Positions 59,871-64,000 of a stretch of 64,000 bases of DNA are shown one piece after another (position 1 is the first letter of the stretch; each line of letters begins with the position of its first letter). Below the pieces are notes generated by a model. That model did no database searches, was not told the DNA's origin, and was given only the letters and a program-made list of their open reading frames with translations. Source of the stretch: an uncultured delta proteobacterium. GTDB lineage: Bacteria > Myxococcota_A > Polyangia > Polyangiales > Polyangiaceae. Location: NCBI GenBank assembly GCA_963782055.1, contig CAWAIF010000003.1, positions 800,001-864,000 of the forward strand, in the 5' to 3' direction. The translations under genes were made by a program, and so were the position numbers.

Positions 59871-60154
59871 GGCCTGTTTCCCGCCGCCGCGTCGGATTGT
59901 CGGCATGCTTGCGCTCCGACGCGCGGCGCGGATCCGCGAGCGACCCCCATCCAGCCAGAGAGGAAATTTCCTACCATCTAGCCAAGCCGTCTCCTCCTTG
60001 GTACTACCGCGCCTCGACAGTACTGCCGCGCCAGCGTGGGCGGCGTTTCGGGGATCCGGGGCTCGTGGAGTGGAGCGGCACGAGCAAGCGACCTCGCGGT
60101 GTCGGGGGCCGATTCCCACGACGACAAGGCCAACGGCCGAGAGAAGGAGAAAAC

Positions 60155-61456
60155 ATGGCGACGAAGGGCTGGATCAAGAAGGCCTCCTGGCCGGTGCTGG
60201 CGCTGGGGCTCGCGTCCCCGCTGTTCATTCACTGCGGGGGGAACATCCCGGGTGTGAACAACATCCCTGGCGGGGAGAACCTCCCGGGCGGCGCCAACGC
60301 GCCGAAGTGCCCGGACATGGCGGACGCCGACGGCGCGCTCGATTTCGACTGGGCGGGCAACTACAAGCTCGACGCCAAGGTCGCCAACCAGGTCAAGGGC
60401 GGTGTCGCCGCCTCCATCGAGATCAAGCAGGTCTCCGACATGATCGACGCGGACCTGAAGACGGGCTGCGGCGGTCTGGCGAAGGACCTCGGCGCGACGG
60501 GCGACTTCAAGACCGGCGAGGAGGCCTGCAAGGCCGCCATCAAGGTCGTCGGCGACGTCAAGGCGAAGCTGGGTGGCAAGCTCACCGTCGCCCTGAAGAT
60601 CGATCCGCCGAAGTGCGGCGCCTCGCTCGACGTGGTCGCCGACTGCGCGGCCAAGTGCGACCCCAACATCCAGCCCGGCAGCGCCAAGGTGGAGTGCGAG
60701 CCCGGCAAGCTGCAGGGCCAGTGCTCGGCGCAGTGCTCCGGCTCCTGCGACGTCGAGGGCGGCGCCAAGTGCGACGGCCAGTGCTCCGGCAAGTGCGACG
60801 CGCAGGTCAGCGGCACGTGCAGCGGCACGTGCAACGGCAAGTGCGACGGCAAGAACTCGCACGGCTCCTGCGCGGGCAAGTGCGACGGCAAGTGCGACGG
60901 CCAGATCCAGGGCGAGTGCAAGGGCTCGTGCTCCGGCTCGTGCAAGCTCAAGGCGAAGGCGGAGTGCAAGGGCACCTGCAGCGGCAGCTGCTCGGCCGAG
61001 ATGAAGGCCCCCAAGTGCACCGGCGAGGTGAAGCCCCCGTCGATGAGCCCGGAGTGCAAGGCGCACTGCGACGCGAAGGCGGAGGCCAAGGTGGAGTGCA
61101 CCCCGGCGCACGTCGCCGTGGCGCTCTCCGGCGGCGCCGACGCCAAGCTCCAGGCCAAGTTCCAGATGGCCCTGGAGAAGAACCTGCCCCTCATCGTCAA
61201 GGTGGCCATGGGCATGGGTGACCGCGTGACCAAGCTGGCCGGCGACGTGAAGGATGTCGTCGGTGGCGTGCAGGGCGCGGTTCAGGGCGCGGTCTCGGCC
61301 TCGCCGATGATCGGCGCGCAGCTCACCTCGTGCGTGGCGGCTCCCTTCAAGGGCGCTGTCGACGCCGCGGCGGCGGTGCAGGCCAACGTGAAGGTCTCGG
61401 TCAACGTCTCCGCGAGCGTGTCCGCCAAGGGCAGCGCGAGCGGCAGCACGAAGTAA
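60155..61456 (+). CDS. Cys-rich lipoprotein with six C-x3-C-x3-C triplets
   Basis: SD AAGGAG at 60144-60149; lipobox-like FIHC; CSAQCSGSC, CDGQCSGKC, CSGTCNGKC, CAGKCDGKC, CKGSCSGSC, CKGTCSGSC. Confidence 0.85.
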   Translation: MATKGWIKKASWPVLALGLASPLFIHCGGNIPGVNNIPGGENLPGGANAPKCPDMADADGALDFDWAGNYKLDAKVANQVKGGVAASIEIKQVSDMIDADLKTGCGGLAKDLGATGDFKTGEEACKAAIKVVGDVKAKLGGKLTVALKIDPPKCGASLDVVADCAAKCDPNIQPGSAKVECEPGKLQGQCSAQCSGSCDVEGGAKCDGQCSGKCDAQVSGTCSGTCNGKCDGKNSHGSCAGKCDGKCDGQIQGECKGSCSGSCKLKAKAECKGTCSGSCSAEMKAPKCTGEVKPPSMSPECKAHCDAKAEAKVECTPAHVAVALSGGADAKLQAKFQMALEKNLPLIVKVAMGMGDRVTKLAGDVKDVVGGVQGAVQGAVSASPMIGAQLTSCVAAPFKGAVDAAAAVQANVKVSVNVSASVSAKGSASGSTK

Positions 61457-61473
61457 CTCGACCTTCGAGACGC

Positions 61474-61517
61474 GGCGGCGGGGATGCCTCGAAAGAGGCG
61501 TCCCCGTCGTCATTTTG
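61474..61517 (+). terminator. Rho-independent terminator
   Basis: 17-bp stem GGCGGCGGGGATGCCTC / GAAA loop / GAGGCGTCCCCGTCGTC (three G-U pairs) followed by ATTTTG. Confidence 0.8.
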
Positions 61518-61589
61518 TGCGCGCGCGCGCCTTCCTGCGCAGAGAACCCGCGTGCAAAGAGCGTCCCGCCCGGGTGCTAGTCTCGTGTC

Positions 61590-62141
61590 ATGAGGCCGCC
61601 GCCGATGCTCGCGATCGCCGCGGCGGTCACGCTCGGTGGCTGCGGCGCGCGCACGGGCCTCGGCGTGGCCGGCGGGTCGGGCGCCGGGGACGCGGGCCCG
61701 CGCGACGCCGCCTGCGTGTCACGGACGCTCACCCGGCAGGTCCCGGTCGCGTCGCCGTGGTTCGACACCGGCATCGATCTCGTGGCTGGCGCGCGCCTCG
61801 TCGTTCACGCCACCGGCACCGTCCGCTACGGCGGCGGAGGGTTGCAATTGACCGACGCGAACGGCGGCAACTTCGACGGCCAGAAGTTCTTCGGCAGCGC
61901 GGTCCTTCCGGGGGCGGTGGTGGTGAGCCTGATCGGCAAGACGGGTGGCTCCGCGACGGTGGGGACGGGGGCGCCCGTTCCGGAAGGCACGCCGGGCGAC
62001 GGCACCGGCTTCGTGGGCACGAGCTACGACCGGACCGTGCCGTCCGGCGGCCGGCTGTTCCTCGGGTTCAACGACCAGCGCGACGCCTTCGGCGACAACA
62101 GTGGCGCCTTCACCGTCGCCGTGATGGTCGTCTGTGAGTGA
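61590..62141 (+). CDS. Lipoprotein with LecA/PA-IL-like lectin domain
   Basis: Lipobox LGGC; WFDTGI..GARLVVHATGTVRYG, SLIGK, GRLFLGFNDQRDAFGDNSGAFTV. Confidence 0.7.
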   Translation: MRPPPMLAIAAAVTLGGCGARTGLGVAGGSGAGDAGPRDAACVSRTLTRQVPVASPWFDTGIDLVAGARLVVHATGTVRYGGGGLQLTDANGGNFDGQKFFGSAVLPGAVVVSLIGKTGGSATVGTGAPVPEGTPGDGTGFVGTSYDRTVPSGGRLFLGFNDQRDAFGDNSGAFTVAVMVVCE

Positions 62142-62228
62142 GTCGTGGCATGAGCATCCACGCCCCGGGCCATGATCTCCGTCGCGCGCGCCGCGAAGCA
62201 CGGGCCGTCCCCGACCCCGTGCGGATCG

Positions 62229-62894
62229 TCATCGATCGCTGACGCGCCGGGCGACCAGCACCTCGGAGGGAACGCCCCACATGGAGACCACCTCCCAGTG
62301 CGCGACCGTCCACGCCTCCGGGTCGAGGTGCTCGCGCACGCGCACCGGCCGGCAGCCGCCGACCAGGCTCGGGGCGAGCGCGTAGAGGCGATTCCACGTC
62401 GCGCACACGGCCCGGGAGACCGCGCCGCGCCCCTCCGTCAGCGCGACGACGCAAAGCGCGCCGCCGGGCGCGAGCACGCGGCGCGCCTCGACGAGCACAT
62501 CACGCATCACCGGCTCGGAGAGCAGGTCCAGCACATAGGCGACGACGAATCGATCGAACGCGCCGTCGGCGTCGGCGAGTCCCTTCGACGCGTCCTCCTC
62601 GCGCACCGCGGCGCGCTCGGCCCACGGCGCGAGCCGCCTCCTCGCCAGCCGGACCATCGTGGAGCTCACGTCCACGCCGACGTAGCGTGCGTCCGGGGGG
62701 AGCCGCTCTCGCAGGAGCCGCTCGGCGAACCGTCCGGTGCCGCAGCCCAGCTCGAACACCGAGGAGGCGTGCTCGAAGTCGGCGTGCGCGACGAGACGAT
62801 CCAGCGCCGCGTTCTCGTAGAACTGCAGGTCCTGCTTCGCGCCGAACCGGTCGTAGAAGCGCTTCGCGTCGTCCGGGCCGAACGTGCGTGGCAT
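62229..62894 (-). CDS. Class I SAM-dependent methyltransferase
   Basis: FYDRFG, VFELGCGTG, GVDVS..M, FDRFV, RRVLAPGG. Confidence 0.88.
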   Translation of the reverse strand: MPRTFGPDDAKRFYDRFGAKQDLQFYENAALDRLVAHADFEHASSVFELGCGTGRFAERLLRERLPPDARYVGVDVSSTMVRLARRRLAPWAERAAVREEDASKGLADADGAFDRFVVAYVLDLLSEPVMRDVLVEARRVLAPGGALCVVALTEGRGAVSRAVCATWNRLYALAPSLVGGCRPVRVREHLDPEAWTVAHWEVVSMWGVPSEVLVARRVSDR

Positions 62895-63029
62895 GCGCCC
62901 AGCGTAGGGCCGCCTCAGCCTTCCAGCCAGGCCGGCGGCCTGCCCTTGGCCAGACCCCGGCCGGGCGGGCCCGCACCAAGAAAATGCGATATGACTGCCT
63001 TCCCCCGTTCGTTTGCCGCTCGTACCCGC

Positions 63030-63611
63030 ATGACGACCTTGGCTTATCCCCGGCTCTTCGCCGGACCGTCCGACCCGCCCGCCGAGGCGGACCTGCCTGC
63101 CCGGGCGCTCGCCGGGGACGCCAGCGCCTGGAACGCGCTCGTCCGCCGGCACAACCACCGGGTCGTGGTCGCCCTGCTCGGGCGCGGCTTCGGCATCGAC
63201 CGCGCCAAGGACATCGCCCAGGAGGCCTGGGTCCGTCTCATCGAGCAGCAGCGCGCCGGCAAGCTGAGCGAGCTGCGCCTGCCCGCCCTGGCGGTGGCCC
63301 AGGCCACCTTCCTCGCCCTGGACGATGCCCGTCGCGAGGGACGCACCCGCGGCCTGGAGGAGGGCCAGGAGTTCGTCGACCCGCAGCCCCTCTCGGAGGA
63401 GCGCGTGATCGGCGAGCAGCGCCTCGCCCTCGCCGAGAAGACCCTCGCGCGGTGCTCGCCGATGGCGCGCCGCGTGTTCACCCTGGTCTACGGCGGAGGC
63501 GGTCTGAGCCACGCCGACGTGGCCGCGCAGGTCGGCCTCTCGGTGCAGCGGGTGCGGCAGATCGTGTGCGAGGTCCGCAAGGAGCTTCGAAGCGTGCTGG
63601 AGGAGCCATGA
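63030..63611 (+). CDS. ECF-type RNA polymerase sigma factor
   Basis: AGDASAWNALVRRH, AKDIAQEAW, region 4 RRVFTL..GLSHADVAAQVGLSVQRVRQ; alternative start 62991. Confidence 0.8.
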   Translation: MTTLAYPRLFAGPSDPPAEADLPARALAGDASAWNALVRRHNHRVVVALLGRGFGIDRAKDIAQEAWVRLIEQQRAGKLSELRLPALAVAQATFLALDDARREGRTRGLEEGQEFVDPQPLSEERVIGEQRLALAEKTLARCSPMARRVFTLVYGGGGLSHADVAAQVGLSVQRVRQIVCEVRKELRSVLEEP

Positions 63612-64000
63612 GCGAGCGTCACCTTTCTGCCGAGCGCCTCGAGCAGTACGTCATCGGCGCGCTCTCCGAGCCGGAGGCCTCCGAGGTGGAGCGCCACGTC
63701 GCGGCCTGCCCGGCGTGCGAGGCTCGCCTGATGAACGAGGCCAGCCTGGAGCTCGCCTTCGCGCAGGTCGCCTCCACCCGCAGGGTGGAGCCCTCCGTTC
63801 GTCGCGGCGTCTCGCGCGTCGTGCCCGCCGCGGTCGTCGGCGCCCTCGCCATGGCCGCCGCCGCCGTCGTGTGGTTGACGCCCGCCGCCCCCGTCGACTC
63901 TCGCGCCGCCGCCGCCCCGCCGCCGCAGGCGAGCTACGAGACCGGCGACGCCTCGACCGCGACCGCCCAGCTCGACGGCGACGCCCTCATCGGCATGCGC
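63608..64000 (+). CDS. Zinc-binding (zf-HC2) transmembrane anti-sigma factor, 3' end outside window
   Basis: ATGA overlap; LEQYVIGALSEPEASEVERHVAACPAC (HxxxCxxC), then TM VVPAAVVGALAMAAAAVVWL. Confidence 0.85.
   Translation, partial: MSERHLSAERLEQYVIGALSEPEASEVERHVAACPACEARLMNEASLELAFAQVASTRRVEPSVRRGVSRVVPAAVVGALAMAAAAVVWLTPAAPVDSRAAAAPPPQASYETGDASTATAQLDGDALIGMR

Overview
Very GC-rich, gene-dense chromosomal window. Gene content (many Cys- or Asp/Gly-rich lipoproteins, a Hanks-type kinase, FHA/PP2C proteins, a TonB-TBDT fusion, a CglB-like VWA lipoprotein, a ferritin-like protein) suggests Myxococcota, probably Polyangiales; this is inference. About 55 protein-coding genes were identified, with no rRNA, tRNA, CRISPR array or mobile element. 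Main blocks: 3' part of an arylsulfatase; a sigma54-type promoter, a small peptide and a prokaryotic pentameric ligand-gated ion channel; TolC; pilT; a beta-helix lipoprotein; a CPA2-USP-PTS EIIA antiporter; a ferritin-like protein/lipopeptide pair; Fur plus a TonB-TBDT fusion; a TerB-Coq4-like fusion; a Ser/Thr kinase; an S9 peptidase; a moxR-DUF58-batABCDE cluster interrupted by an opposite-strand NUDIX gene; larB-larC; an FHA / VWA-TM-FHA / membrane PP2C cluster with low-complexity repeats whose order parallels actinobacterial fhaA-fhaB-pstP; chaC/pruA; a Cys-triplet lipoprotein; a LecA-like lectin; and an ECF sigma/anti-sigma pair. Four single-base frameshifts in three genes most likely reflect assembly errors. 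Many genes have a TAnnnT -10 box 6-9 nt before the start codon, suggesting leaderless mRNAs. All family calls come from motif recognition by eye, not database searches.
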